From assembly GCA_025456015.1 (NCBI GenBank), contig JALOLK010000001.1, positions 22,846-86,845 on the forward strand: 64,000 nucleotides of DNA, written 5' to 3'. The notes under the pieces were generated by a model. The model had not been told where the DNA came from, did no database searches, and saw only the letters and a list, made by a program, of their open reading frames with translations. Below are positions 36,097 through 51,293 of the stretch, piece by piece. The first letter of the stretch is position 1. Each line of letters starts with the position of its first letter. The stretch comes from Candidatus Nanopelagicales bacterium (lineage in GTDB: Bacteria; Actinomycetota; Actinomycetes; S36-B12; CAIYMF01). A program made the translations under genes and the position numbers.

Positions 36097-37335
36097 ATGG
36101 AGCTGGGCCGGGTGCTGGACAGCCTGCGCCGCGCGGTCGAGCAGGCCCCCGACGACGCCGTGCTGCGGGCCCACCTCGCGGGGATGCTGCTGGACGCGGG
36201 CCTGGCCCAGGAGGCCATCGGGCACCTCGGGCTGCTGCTCGCGCGTGACCCCGGTGATCCCGACGCCCGGGCGCTCATGCGGCGCGCGGTCGCGGCGGAG
36301 GGTGGCCCGGGCGCGGGCGACGAGGACGGCCCTGGGAGCTTCGACCTGCCCCCGGACGTGCTGGGTCCAGGCGCCGGTGGGAGGAGCACCGCGGGAGGTG
36401 AGTTCGACTGGGGTGCCGCCGAGCAGGACCTCACCGCCGGCCTGACCCACGAGCCGATCGCGACGTCCCTGCGCCTGGCCGACGTCGGGGGCCTCGAGGA
36501 GGTCAAGGCCGAGCTCGAGGCCGCCTTCCTCGCCCCGCTGCGCAACCCCGCCCTGCGCGAGCGCTACGGCGCGACCCTGCGGGGCGGCCTGCTGCTCTAC
36601 GGACCGCCCGGCTGCGGCAAGACGCACCTGGCGCGCGCGGTCGCCGGTGAGCTCGGGGCGCGGTTCATCGCCGTGTCCCTGGCCGACGTGCTCAGCTCGT
36701 GGCTGGGCCGCAGCGAGGGCAACGTGGCCGAGCTCTTCGCGGCGGCCCGGGCCCAGGCGCCGACGCTGGTCTTCCTCGACGAGCTCGACGCGCTCGGTCG
36801 CTCCCGCGGGGCGCTGGGCCGCTCGGGCTCGGCCCTGCGCGGCGTCGTCAACCAGCTGCTCACCGAGCTCGACGGGGTGGCCAGCCGCAACGAGGGTGTC
36901 TTCGTCCTGGCCGCCACGAACGCGCCCTGGGACATCGACCCGGCGCTGCGCCGGCCCGGCCGGCTGGACCGCACCCTGTTCGTCGGCCCCCCCGACGCCC
37001 CGGCTCGCGCCCACATCCTGCGCACCCACCTGGCCGGGCTGCCGCTGGCCGCCGACGTCGACGTCGAGGCCCTCGCCGCCCGCAGCGCCGGGCTGTCCGG
37101 GGCCGACCTCGCGCTGGCGTGCCGCGCGGCGGCCCAGGCAGCCCTGCGCGAGGCCGCCCGCACCGCCGACCCGCAGCGTTCGGTGGCCGCCGCGGACCTG
37201 CAGGCGGCCCTGGCCGGCGTCGCGCCGTCGACCGCGCCGTGGTTCGCCACCGCCCGCAACGTGGTGCTCTTCGGCGACGAGGCCGGGGCGTACGCCGACC
37301 TGGCCACGTACCTGCGCAGCCACCGGATGCTCTGA
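36097..37335 (+). CDS. Single-domain classical AAA ATPase with N-terminal TPR-like region
   Basis: LLYGPPGCGKT (Walker A), LSSWLGRSE pore loop, FLDELDAL (Walker B), ATNAPWDIDPALRRPGRLD (SRH); N-terminal helical repeats. Confidence 0.9.
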   Translation: MELGRVLDSLRRAVEQAPDDAVLRAHLAGMLLDAGLAQEAIGHLGLLLARDPGDPDARALMRRAVAAEGGPGAGDEDGPGSFDLPPDVLGPGAGGRSTAGGEFDWGAAEQDLTAGLTHEPIATSLRLADVGGLEEVKAELEAAFLAPLRNPALRERYGATLRGGLLLYGPPGCGKTHLARAVAGELGARFIAVSLADVLSSWLGRSEGNVAELFAAARAQAPTLVFLDELDALGRSRGALGRSGSALRGVVNQLLTELDGVASRNEGVFVLAATNAPWDIDPALRRPGRLDRTLFVGPPDAPARAHILRTHLAGLPLAADVDVEALAARSAGLSGADLALACRAAAQAALREAARTADPQRSVAAADLQAALAGVAPSTAPWFATARNVVLFGDEAGAYADLATYLRSHRML

Positions 37336-37344
37336 GCGCCCGGC

Positions 37345-38466
37345 ATGCCAGCGACCGTGACCCCGGGCCCGGCGGGCGGGCCGCCGGACCCGGACGACCG
37401 GTACACCCTGGCCCGTGGCCTCGTGGCCGCGCAGCGCTGGGCCGCGGCCCTCGACGCCGTGGCTGCCGGCCTCGCCGCAGCCCCGGACGACCCGGTCCTG
37501 CTGGGCCTGCAGGTGCGGGCCCTGCGGGCCCTGGGCCGGTCGGCGCAGGCCCTGCCGGTCGCCCAGCGGCTGTGGACGCTGGCCCCGGAGGATCCCTACC
37601 CCTGCCGGCTGCTGACGCTGGTGCTGCTGGACCTGGGCCAGGTCGATGCCGCGCTGCAGGCCGCGGGCCGTGCGGTCTGCCTCGATCCGCAGAACGGCGC
37701 CAACCACCTGGCCCTGTCCCGGGCCTGGGCGGACTCGTCCCGGCCCGGCGCGGTGGAGCGCCAACTGGCCAGCGCGCGGATCGCCCTGCAGCTCGACCCG
37801 TCCAGCATCGACGCCCAGCTGCAGCTCGGCACCGCCCTGGCTGCCAGCGGCGAGGTCGCCGCGGCCCGGGCGGCCTATCGCGAGGTCCTGCGGCTGGAGC
37901 CCGGGAACGCCGCAGCCCTGAACAACCTCGCGGTGCTCGACCTGCAGGCCGGTGCCCACCGGGCCGCCGCCCGCACCCTGGCCGCCGCGCTGGCGGCCGA
38001 CCCGCAGGACCGTGACGCCCAGCGCAACCTCGACGTCGTCGCGGTCTGGGCCGTCCGGCGGGTCGGCTGGGTGCTGCTGGCCGGGCCGCTGCCCGCGATG
38101 CTGGCCGCGGCCCTGGGCTGGGCGCTCGTGGGCCGGCTGCTCGCAGCTGCCGTGCTGCTGGGTGGGCCACTGGCCGCCACCCGGTGGTGGCGAGGGCTGA
38201 CCGAGGGCCAACGGCACCACCTGCGGACCCTGCCGCGCCGGATCCCGCCCGCGCGCTGGCTGCGCTGGCCCGTGGCCGCCGCGCTGGTCGGCGGGGCGGG
38301 GTTGGCCCTGGTGCTGCTCGCGCCGCGCCTGGTGGCCGGACCCGCGGGGGCCATCTGGGCGCTGGCGGCGCTGGCCCTCGCCCTGGCGCGGGTGCTCGCG
38401 GCCACCCTGCGCCGGTCCCGGCGCGCCGAGGTGGCCGGGCGCTGGGACCGGGTGCGCCACCGCTAG
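37345..38466 (+). CDS. TPR repeat protein with C-terminal membrane segment
   Basis: Repeated A..L.P.D/N TPR motifs (LAPED, LDPQN, LDPSS, LEPGN, ADPQD) followed by about four hydrophobic helices. Confidence 0.8.
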   Translation: MPATVTPGPAGGPPDPDDRYTLARGLVAAQRWAAALDAVAAGLAAAPDDPVLLGLQVRALRALGRSAQALPVAQRLWTLAPEDPYPCRLLTLVLLDLGQVDAALQAAGRAVCLDPQNGANHLALSRAWADSSRPGAVERQLASARIALQLDPSSIDAQLQLGTALAASGEVAAARAAYREVLRLEPGNAAALNNLAVLDLQAGAHRAAARTLAAALAADPQDRDAQRNLDVVAVWAVRRVGWVLLAGPLPAMLAAALGWALVGRLLAAAVLLGGPLAATRWWRGLTEGQRHHLRTLPRRIPPARWLRWPVAAALVGGAGLALVLLAPRLVAGPAGAIWALAALALALARVLAATLRRSRRAEVAGRWDRVRHR

Positions 38467-38590
38467 CCGATCGGTGCGACGCGCGTCGCCGCGCCACCGG
38501 GTCCTGCGCGGGGAGTGTTCGCGGATCCTTCATCCGGGGGCAGCCCCGCTCACCGTGCCGCGTGGCCGCCGCGTGGCTACGCTCCCGCCC

Positions 38591-40030
38591 ATGCGCCGCG
38601 CGAAGATCGTCTGCACCCTTGGCCCCGCCACCTCGACCTACGAGCAGGTCAAGCAGCTCATCGACGCCGGCATGAACGTCGCCCGGCTCAACATGTCGCA
38701 CGGGGAGCACGCCGTGCACGCGGAGTCCTATGCCAACGTCCGCCGGGCCGCCCGCGAGCTGGGCCGCGGGGTCGGGATCGTGGCCGACCTGCAGGGCCCG
38801 AAGATCCGCCTCGGACGCTTCGCCGAGGGCCCGGTCGTGCTCGAGAACGGCGCCGAGTTCACGATCACGACCGAGGACATCCTCGGCGACGTGACGCAGT
38901 GCGGCACCACGCACAAGGGCCTGCCGGGGGACTGCAGCACCGGCGACACCCTGCTCGTCGACGACGGCAAGGTGAAGCTCGAGGTGCTCGAGGTGCAGGG
39001 CCCCCGGGTGCGCACCCGGGTGGTCGAGGGCGGCCCGGTGAGCAACAACAAGGGCATCAACCTGCCCGGGGCGAACGTGAGCGTGCCGGCCCTGTCCGAG
39101 AAGGACAAGGAGGACCTGCGCTGGGCGCTGCGCATCGGCGTGGACATGGTGTTCCTGTCCTTCGTGCGCACCGGGGCCGACGTCGAGGACGTGCACGCGA
39201 TCATGGACGAGATGGGCCGGCGCATCCCGGTGCTGGCCAAGGTGGAGAAGCCCCAGGCCGTCGAGAACCTCGCCGGGATCGTCGAGGCCTTCGACGGCGT
39301 CATGGTGGCGCGTGGCGACCTCGGCGTGGAGCTGCCCCTGCAGGAGGTGCCGATCGTCCAGAAGCAGGCGATCCAGATGTGTCGCGAGGCGAGCAAGCCG
39401 GTGATCGTGGCCACCCAGATGCTCGAGTCGATGATGGAGAACACCCGGCCCACCCGTGCCGAGGCCTCGGACGTGGCCAACGCCGTGCTCGACGGTGCCG
39501 ACGCGGTCATGCTCTCCGGCGAGACCAGCGTGGGCAAGCACCCCAACCTCGTCGTCGAGACGATGGCCAGCATCGTGTCCTACGCCGAGGAGCACGGCCT
39601 CGAGCGGCTGCCGAAGCTGCCGAAGAAGAAGCGCCAGACCGTCGCGGGGGCGGTCACCCGCTCGGCCACCGACGTGGCCGGCTGGCTCGATGCCAACTAC
39701 CTCGCGGCGTTCTCCGAGACGGGCCGGACCGCGCGCATCATGGCCGCCACGCGGCCCAAGACGCGCATGCTGGTGTTCACCCCCAGTGCGGCGATCCAGC
39801 AGCAGCTGTCGGTCGTCTGGGGGGTGAAGTGCTTCCTGGTGCCCCCCGCCACGCACACCGACCAGATGGTCGAGCAGATCGACGCCGCCCTGCTCTCCAG
39901 CGGCCTGGGCCAGGAGGGCGAGCTCGTGGTCCTCATCGCCGGCGTGCCCCCGGGCGTGGCCGGCACGACCAACGGCCTGCGGGTGCACTCCGTCGGGGCG
40001 GGCTCGGTCGAGCGGCCCCTGCGCGCCTGA
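38591..40030 (+). CDS. pyk: Pyruvate kinase
   Basis: MRRAKIVCTLGPA, ARLNMSHG, DLQGPKIR, MVARGDLGVE, ATQMLESM, DAVMLSGETS. Confidence 0.98.
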   Translation: MRRAKIVCTLGPATSTYEQVKQLIDAGMNVARLNMSHGEHAVHAESYANVRRAARELGRGVGIVADLQGPKIRLGRFAEGPVVLENGAEFTITTEDILGDVTQCGTTHKGLPGDCSTGDTLLVDDGKVKLEVLEVQGPRVRTRVVEGGPVSNNKGINLPGANVSVPALSEKDKEDLRWALRIGVDMVFLSFVRTGADVEDVHAIMDEMGRRIPVLAKVEKPQAVENLAGIVEAFDGVMVARGDLGVELPLQEVPIVQKQAIQMCREASKPVIVATQMLESMMENTRPTRAEASDVANAVLDGADAVMLSGETSVGKHPNLVVETMASIVSYAEEHGLERLPKLPKKKRQTVAGAVTRSATDVAGWLDANYLAAFSETGRTARIMAATRPKTRMLVFTPSAAIQQQLSVVWGVKCFLVPPATHTDQMVEQIDAALLSSGLGQEGELVVLIAGVPPGVAGTTNGLRVHSVGAGSVERPLRA

Positions 40031-40093
40031 CGGGCCGCCGCCTCGGCGAGCCGGGGCCGAGGTCAGTCGGTGGCTCGGCACAGCGTCGCCGGG

Positions 40094-40125
40094 TTGCGTC
40101 CCCTTGGTCACGCTCCGTAGCGTGA
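40094..40125 (+). promoter_or_regulatory. bldD promoter with overlapping BldD-box-like palindrome
   Basis: -35 TTGCGT (40094), 18-nt spacer, -10 TAGCGT (40118); TCACGCT-CCGT-AGCGTGA inverted repeat at 40108-40125. Confidence 0.55.
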
Positions 40126-40147
40126 GGCGCGAGCTGAGGAGGCCTCC

Positions 40148-40636
40148 GTGTCGAACGACTACGCCAAGGCCCTCGGCGCCAAGCTGCGGCAGGTCCGCAA
40201 CCAGCAGGGCCTGAGCCTGCAGGGCGTCGAGGCCAAGTCGGGCGGCGTCTGGAAGGCCGTCGTGGTCGGCTCGTACGAGCGCGGCGACCGCGCCGTGACG
40301 GTGCAGCGCCTCGCCGAGCTCGCCGAGTTCTACGGGGTGCCGATGGCCGAGCTGCTCCCGGAGCCGGCCAGCCCGGCGATCATCGAGCCGCCGCCCCGGC
40401 TGGTCATCGACCTCGAGCAGCTCGGTCGCGTGCCGGCCGACAAGGCCGGGCCGCTGGCCCGCTACGTGGCCGCGATCCAGGCCCAGCGCGGCGACTACAA
40501 CGGCCGGGTCCTGTCGATCCGCCAGGACGACCTGCGCACCCTGGCCGTCATCTACGACGAGGCCCCCGGGCCACTGGCCGAGCAGCTCATCGAGTGGGGC
40601 GTGCTCAACCCCGAGGCCCGTCGCGCCGTCGACTGA
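40148..40636 (+). CDS. bldD: BldD-family XRE transcriptional regulator
   Basis: YAKALGAKLR..QQGLSLQGVE..WKAVVVGSYERGDRAVTVQRLAELA; c-di-GMP motif RGD-X8-RQDD. Confidence 0.95.
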   Translation: MSNDYAKALGAKLRQVRNQQGLSLQGVEAKSGGVWKAVVVGSYERGDRAVTVQRLAELAEFYGVPMAELLPEPASPAIIEPPPRLVIDLEQLGRVPADKAGPLARYVAAIQAQRGDYNGRVLSIRQDDLRTLAVIYDEAPGPLAEQLIEWGVLNPEARRAVD

Positions 40637-40710
40637 GCGACCCGGGCCCCTCCCGCACCCGCGTTCCGGGCGGAGCGTCGTCGCCCGCTACGATGCTGCT
40701 CGCAAGGTTC

Positions 40711-42222
<1,512 letters not shown>

Positions 42223-42226
<4 letters not shown>

Positions 42227-43551
42227 CCTCGACCGGCACGACCCACCTGCTCACCGACGTCCGCCCGCTGGGCGCCGACCCCGTCGACGTGCGGATCGAG
42301 GGCGCGACGATCGTCGCGATCGGCGCCCCCGGGACCCTCGACGCCGACGGGGCGAGGGTGCTCCCCGGTGCCGGCCGGGTCCTGCTGCCGGGCCTGGTCG
42401 ACCTGCACACCCACCTGCGCGAGCCGGGCCGAGAGGACGCCGAGACCGTGGCCACCGGGTCAGCGGCGGCCGCCCGCGGCGGGTTCACGGCAGTGCACGC
42501 CATGGCCAACACCGACCCGGTCGCCGACACCGCGGGCGTGGTCGAGCAGGTGTGGCACCTCGGCCGCGACACCGGCCTGGTCGACGTGTTCCCGGTCGGG
42601 GCCGTGACGGTCGGGCTGCGCGGCGAGCGGCTGGCCGAGCTCGGCGCGATGGCCGACTCGGCCGCTGCGGTGCGGGTCTTCTCCGACGACGGCCGGTGCG
42701 TGTCCGACGCGGTCCTCATGCGCCGGGCGCTGGAGTACGTCAAGGCCTTCGACGGGGTGATCGCCCAGCACGCCCAGGAGCCCCGGCTCACCGCCGACGC
42801 CCAGATGAACGAGGGGGCCCTGTCCGGGCGCCTCGGGCTGCGCGGCTGGCCCGCCGTCGCCGAGGAGGCGATCATCGCCCGCGACGTGCTGCTCGCCGAG
42901 CACGTCGGGTCCCGGCTGCACGTGTGCCACGTCTCGACGGCGGGCTCCGTGGAGATCATCCGGTGGGCGAAGTCCCGCGGCATCGACGTGACCGCCGAGG
43001 TGACCCCCCACCACCTGCTGCTCACCGAGGACCTCGCCGCCTCGTACGACCCGGTCTTCAAGGTGAACCCGCCGCTGCGCCGCGAGCACGACGTGCAGGC
43101 GGTCCGCGAGGCCCTGGCCGACGGCACCATCGACATCGTCGCCACCGACCACGCCCCGCACCCGGTGGAGGACAAGGAGTGCGAGTGGAACGTGGCGGCG
43201 TTCGGCATGCTCGGCCTCGAGCAGGCGCTGGCCGTCGTCATCGAGACCATGGTCGCCCCGGGCCTGCTCGACTGGGCCGGCGTGGCCGACCGGATGGCGA
43301 TCGCCCCGGCGCGGATCGGCCGGCGGGCCGGGCACGGCCGCCCGATCGCGGTGGGGGAGCCGGCCAACCTCGTGCTCGTCGACCCGCAGGCGCGGGGGCC
43401 GGTCGACCCGGCCGCCTCGTCCTCGCGCAGCCGCAACAACCCCTACGCCGGGCGCGACCTGCCCGCCCCGGTGGTCGCGACCTTCCTGCGCGGCCGTCCC
43501 ACCGTGCTCGACGGGTCCCTGGCCGCCCCGCTGGCCGCGAGCCGCCCGTGA
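42223..43551 (+). CDS. pyrC: Dihydroorotase
   Basis: [40 protein letters not shown]. Confidence 0.97.
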
Positions 43552-44102
43552 GCGCGCTGCTGCCCCTGGCCACCTCGGCGCCGGTGACCCAGTGGGGCCC
43601 GCGGCTGCTGCTCACGCTGGCGACCCTGCTGATCCTGGGCCTGGCGGTCCTGGGCATGTGGCGCGGCTGGCGTGCCCGCGAGGCGCGGCAGGCCGACGTG
43701 CCCGCCCCCACGCCGCCGCCCGCGGACCTCGTCCTGGATCCCGCGGCGGCCGTGCCCGGGCTCTACGTGGCCACCACCACCGCCGGGGACCTGCTCGACC
43801 GCATCGTGGCCCACGGGCTGGGCTACCGGGGCCGGGCCTCGCTGTCGGTCACCGACCGGGGCCTGCTGCTGGACCGGGTGGGCGAGTCACCGCTGTGGAT
43901 CCCGCGCGAGGCGCTGCGCGACGTGCGGCTCGGGTCCGGCCAGGCGCAGAAGGCCTTCGAGGCCGGCGGGCTGATCCTCGTGCAGTGGCAGCTCGGCCCA
44001 CGCGAGGTGGAGACCGGCTTCCGTGCCGACGACGCCGAGCAGCACATCGCCACGGCCACCGCGCTGCGCGCGCTGGTCCCGACCGCGGGAGGCTCCGCAT
44101 GA
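43548..44102 (+). CDS. Conserved membrane-anchored protein between pyrC and carA (Rv1382-like)
   Basis: One TM then [32 protein letters not shown]; overlaps both neighbours. Confidence 0.8.
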   Translation: MSALLPLATSAPVTQWGPRLLLTLATLLILGLAVLGMWRGWRAREARQADVPAPTPPPADLVLDPAAAVPGLYVATTTAGDLLDRIVAHGLGYRGRASLSVTDRGLLLDRVGESPLWIPREALRDVRLGSGQAQKAFEAGGLILVQWQLGPREVETGFRADDAEQHIATATALRALVPTAGGSA

Positions 44103-45338
44103 TCTCCGGCACACCAGTCGTGGTGGATGGAACCGACCATCCAGTTGTCGATTCCATCCACCACAACCACCGAGCGGAGCCCCAGCCGGCCGTGCTCGTC
44201 CTCGAGGACGGCCGCACGTTCCGCGGCCAGGCCTACGGCGCGGTCGGCACCACGGTGGGGGAGGCGGTGTTCGCCACCGGCATGTCGGGCTACCAGGAGA
44301 CCCTCACCGACCCCTCGTACCACCGCCAGGTGGTCGTGATGACCGCCCCGCACATCGGCAACACCGGGGTCAACGACGAGGACCCGGAGTCCACGCGCAT
44401 CTGGGTCGCCGGCTACGTGGTGCGCGACCCCGCCCGCCGGCCGTCGAACTGGCGCTCGCGCCGCAGCCTCGACGAGGAGCTGGCCCGCCAGGGCATCGTC
44501 GGGATCAGCGGGGTGGACACCCGCGCGATCACCCGGCACCTGCGCGAGCGCGGCGCGATGCGCGCCGGCATCTTCTCCGGGCAGGCGGCGCAGCAGCCGT
44601 TCGCCGAGCTGCACGCCGCGGTGCTGGCCACCCCCCCGATGGCCGGTGCCGACCTCACCGCCGAGGTGAGCACCGGGCAGGAGTACGTCGTCGAGCCCGA
44701 GGGTGAGGTGCTCGGCACCGTGCTCGCCGTGGACCTGGGCATCAAGACCATGACGCCGGTGCGGCTGGCCGAGCGCGGCCTGCGGGTGCACGTGCTGCCC
44801 GCGAGCACCGCGCCCGAGGCGCTCGTCGAGCGGGCGCGCGGGATCGACGGCCCCGTGGGCATCTTCTTCTCCAACGGCCCGGGCGACCCGGCGACCGCCG
44901 ACCACGCCGTGGCCCAGGTGCGCGCCGCGCTGGCCGCCGGAATCCCGACGTTCGGCATCTGCTTCGGCAACCAGGTGCTGGGTCGGGCGCTGGGCTTCGG
45001 CACCTACAAGCTCGGCTACGGCCACCGGGGCATCAACCAGCCGGTCGCCGACCGGGCAACGGGCCGGGTCGAGGTCACCGCGCACAACCACGGGTTCGCC
45101 GTCGACGCCCCGCTGGACCGCATCAGCGACACGCCGTTCGGCCGGGTCGAGGTCAGCCACGTGTGCCTCAACGACGACGTCGTCGAGGGCCTGCGCTGCC
45201 TGGACGTGCCGGCGTTCTCCGTGCAGTACCACCCCGAGGCCGCGGCCGGGCCGCACGACTCGGCGTACCTGTTCGACCGGTTCGCGGCCCTCATGGGCGT
45301 CGCCGCCGAGTCCCAGCCGCTGCCGCAGGAGGCCGCCG

Positions 45339-45355
<17 letters not shown>
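44099..45355 (+). CDS. carA: Carbamoyl-phosphate synthase small subunit
   Basis: [48 protein letters not shown] overlap and GGAGG SD. Confidence 0.97.
44117..44167. repeat. Palindromic element inside the carA 5' coding region
   Basis: GTCGTGGTGGATGGAACCGAC-N9-GTCGATTCCATCCACCACAAC, 19 of 21 bp complementary. Confidence 0.8.
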
Positions 45356-48640
<3,285 letters not shown>

Positions 48641-48641
<1 letters not shown>

Positions 48642-49492
48642 TGGCACCGGTCCAGGTCACCGCCGAGGTCGTCGGGCTGCGCCGGGTCGGCGCCTACCAC
48701 CACCTCACGATGCTCGCGCCGGGCATCCCCGAGGCCACCCGGGCCGGGCACTTCGTGGCGCTGGCCGTCGGCGGGGAGGGCTCGGGCATGCTGCTGCGCC
48801 GGGCATTCTCGATCCATCGGGTGACGCCGGGCGGCGCCGGCACCGTCGAGATCGTGTTCGCCACGCACGGGCAGGGCACCCGATGGCTGGCCGACCGCCG
48901 TCGCGGCGACAAGCTCGACGTGATCGGGCCGCTGGGCCGGCCGTTCACGCTGCCCAAGGAGCCGGTGGCCTGCGTGCTGGTGGCCGGCGGGTACGGCGCG
49001 GCCCCCCTGTTCATGCTCTCCCAGGCGCTGCGCGCCCGGGGGTGCCGCGTCGACATGGTGCTGGGCGCGGCCTCGGAGGACCGGCTGTTCGGGGTGCTCG
49101 AGGCCCGGCGCACGTCGGCCTCGGTGACCGTCACGACCGACGACGGGTCGTCGGGCATCCGCGGCCGGGTCACCGACCCGCTGCCGGAGATCATCCGGGC
49201 CGCCGGCGCCGACGTGGTCTACGCCTGCGGGCCCATGGCCATGCTCGCCGCGGTCGCGGCCGCAGCGGCCGACCAGGGCGCGCACAGCCAGTGCGCGGTC
49301 GAGGAGGCGATGGCCTGCGGCATCGGGGTCTGCATGACCTGCGTGCTGCCCGTGCGCGGCGCTGACGGGGTCACCCGCATGGTGCGCTCCTGCACCGACG
49401 GCCCGGTGTTCCGCGGCAGCGAGGTGCGCTGGGCCGACGTGGGCAGCGTCCCGCCGGACACCCTCGGGGCACCCGTGGCAGGAGGGCACTGA
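48641..49492 (+). CDS. pyrK: Dihydroorotate dehydrogenase electron transfer subunit
   Basis: RRAFSI, GPLGRPF, VAGGYG, ACGP, EEAMACGIGVCMTC..SCTDGPVF (2Fe-2S). Confidence 0.93.
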
Positions 49493-50520
49493 TGGGCCCC
49501 GCCACCGCCGCCGGCCCGCGCGCGGTCGACCCGTCCGCGGTCGACCTGTCCACGCGGCTGGGCACGCTGGTCCTGCCGGACCCGGTGCTCACGGCCTCCG
49601 GCTGCGCCGCCGCGGGCCGCGAGCTCGCCCCCTTCGTGGACCTCACCGCCATCGGCGGGGTGGTCACCAAGTCGATCATGCTCGAGCCGCGGTCCGGCCG
49701 GCCCACGCCGCGGATGGCCGAGACCCCGTCGGGCATGCTCAACTCGATCGGGCTGCAGGGCCCGGGCATCGAGGCCTTCGTGGCCAAGGACCTGCACTGG
49801 CTGCGCGAGCACGGCGTGCGCACGATCGTGTCGATCGCCGGCGGCACCGTGCAGGAGTACCAGAAGCTGGCCCAGCGGCTGCGCCACGAGCCGGGCATCG
49901 GCGCCATCGAGGTGAACATCTCCTGCCCCAACGTGGAGTCGCGGGGGCAGGTCTTCGCGTGCGACCCGTTCTCCGCCGCGCAGGTCGTCGAGGTGGTCCG
50001 TCGGCACACCGCGCCCGGGACCCCCGTGCTGGCCAAGCTCAGCCCCGACGTCACCGACATCGTCGCGATCGCGCGCTCGGTCCGGGAGGCCGGCGCCGAC
50101 GGCGTCTCGATGATCAACACCCTGCTCGGCATGGTGATCGACCCGGACACGATGCGCCCGGTGCTCGGCGGGATGACCGGGGGCCTGTCCGGCCCGGCGA
50201 TCCGCCCCGTCGCGGTGCGGGCCGTCTGGCAGGTGCACGCCGCGTTCCCCGACCTGCCGATCCTGGGCATGGGCGGCATCCGCACCGGCCGTGACGCCTT
50301 CGAGTTCCTGCTCGCCGGGGCCAGCGCGGTCTCGGTGGGCACCGTGGTGTTCCACGACCCGCACGCCCTGGCCCGGATCTCCGCGGAGCTGCGCGAGCTC
50401 CTCGCCGCCCGGGGGATCACCCGGCTGGCCGACGTCGTCGGGCTCGGCCACACGATGCAGGCACGCCACGTGGCCGCCCAGGCCACGCGCCGGGCCGCCC
50501 AGGAGGAGGCACTGGCATGA
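49492..50520 (+). CDS. pyrD: Dihydroorotate dehydrogenase class 1B catalytic subunit
   Basis: [45 protein letters not shown]. Confidence 0.95.
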   Translation: MGPATAAGPRAVDPSAVDLSTRLGTLVLPDPVLTASGCAAAGRELAPFVDLTAIGGVVTKSIMLEPRSGRPTPRMAETPSGMLNSIGLQGPGIEAFVAKDLHWLREHGVRTIVSIAGGTVQEYQKLAQRLRHEPGIGAIEVNISCPNVESRGQVFACDPFSAAQVVEVVRRHTAPGTPVLAKLSPDVTDIVAIARSVREAGADGVSMINTLLGMVIDPDTMRPVLGGMTGGLSGPAIRPVAVRAVWQVHAAFPDLPILGMGGIRTGRDAFEFLLAGASAVSVGTVVFHDPHALARISAELRELLAARGITRLADVVGLGHTMQARHVAAQATRRAAQEEALA

Positions 50521-51293
50521 CCGGGAGCACCGGCAGCGGTCCGGGATCGGGCCATCCCGAGGCGCGGACCGCGGCCCACGACGGGCGGGCGCCCATCGCC
50601 GTCGCGCTGGACGCCCCCGACCGGGCCACGGCCCTGGCGTGGGCCATCGCGGTGGCCCCGCACGTGCCCGTGCTCAAGGTCGGGCTGGAGACCTACCTGC
50701 GCGACGGGGCAGGGATCGTCGAGGCGCTCCACGAGGCGGTGCCGACCTGCGGCATCTTCCTGGACCTCAAGCTGCACGACATCCCCAACACCGTGCGCGG
50801 CGCCGCCCGCAGCGTGGGCCACCTGGTGCCCGAGTTCCTCACCGTGCACGCGAGCGGCGGCCCGGCCATGGTGGCCGCAGCCGTCGAGGCGCTGCCGGGG
50901 ACGGCGGTCACGGCCGTCACGGTGCTCACCTCGCTGTCGGCCGAGGACCTCGACCTGATCGGGCTGCGCGGCCCCGCCGAGGAGGCGGTGGTGCGCCTGG
51001 CGACGATGGCCGTCGCGGCCGGTGCCCGGGCGATCGTCTGCTCGCCGCACGAGGTGGCCGCCGTGCGCGCCGCCGTCGCCGACCCGGACATCACCCTCAT
51101 CACCCCGGGGGTGCGGCCCGCCACGGGCGCGGGCAGCGCGCTGGGGGACCAGGCCCGCGTGGCCACCCCGGAGCGGGCCCTGGCCGACGGCGCGGACCTG
51201 CTCGTCATCGGCCGGCCGATCACCGCCGCGGCTGATCCGCGCGCGGCGGCTGCGGCCCTCGGCCGGTCCCTGCACGGGTGGGCCCGGCGATGA
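50517..51293 (+). CDS. pyrF: Orotidine-5'-phosphate decarboxylase
   Basis: [50 protein letters not shown]. Confidence 0.97.
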   Translation: MTGSTGSGPGSGHPEARTAAHDGRAPIAVALDAPDRATALAWAIAVAPHVPVLKVGLETYLRDGAGIVEALHEAVPTCGIFLDLKLHDIPNTVRGAARSVGHLVPEFLTVHASGGPAMVAAAVEALPGTAVTAVTVLTSLSAEDLDLIGLRGPAEEAVVRLATMAVAAGARAIVCSPHEVAAVRAAVADPDITLITPGVRPATGAGSALGDQARVATPERALADGADLLVIGRPITAAADPRAAAAALGRSLHGWARR

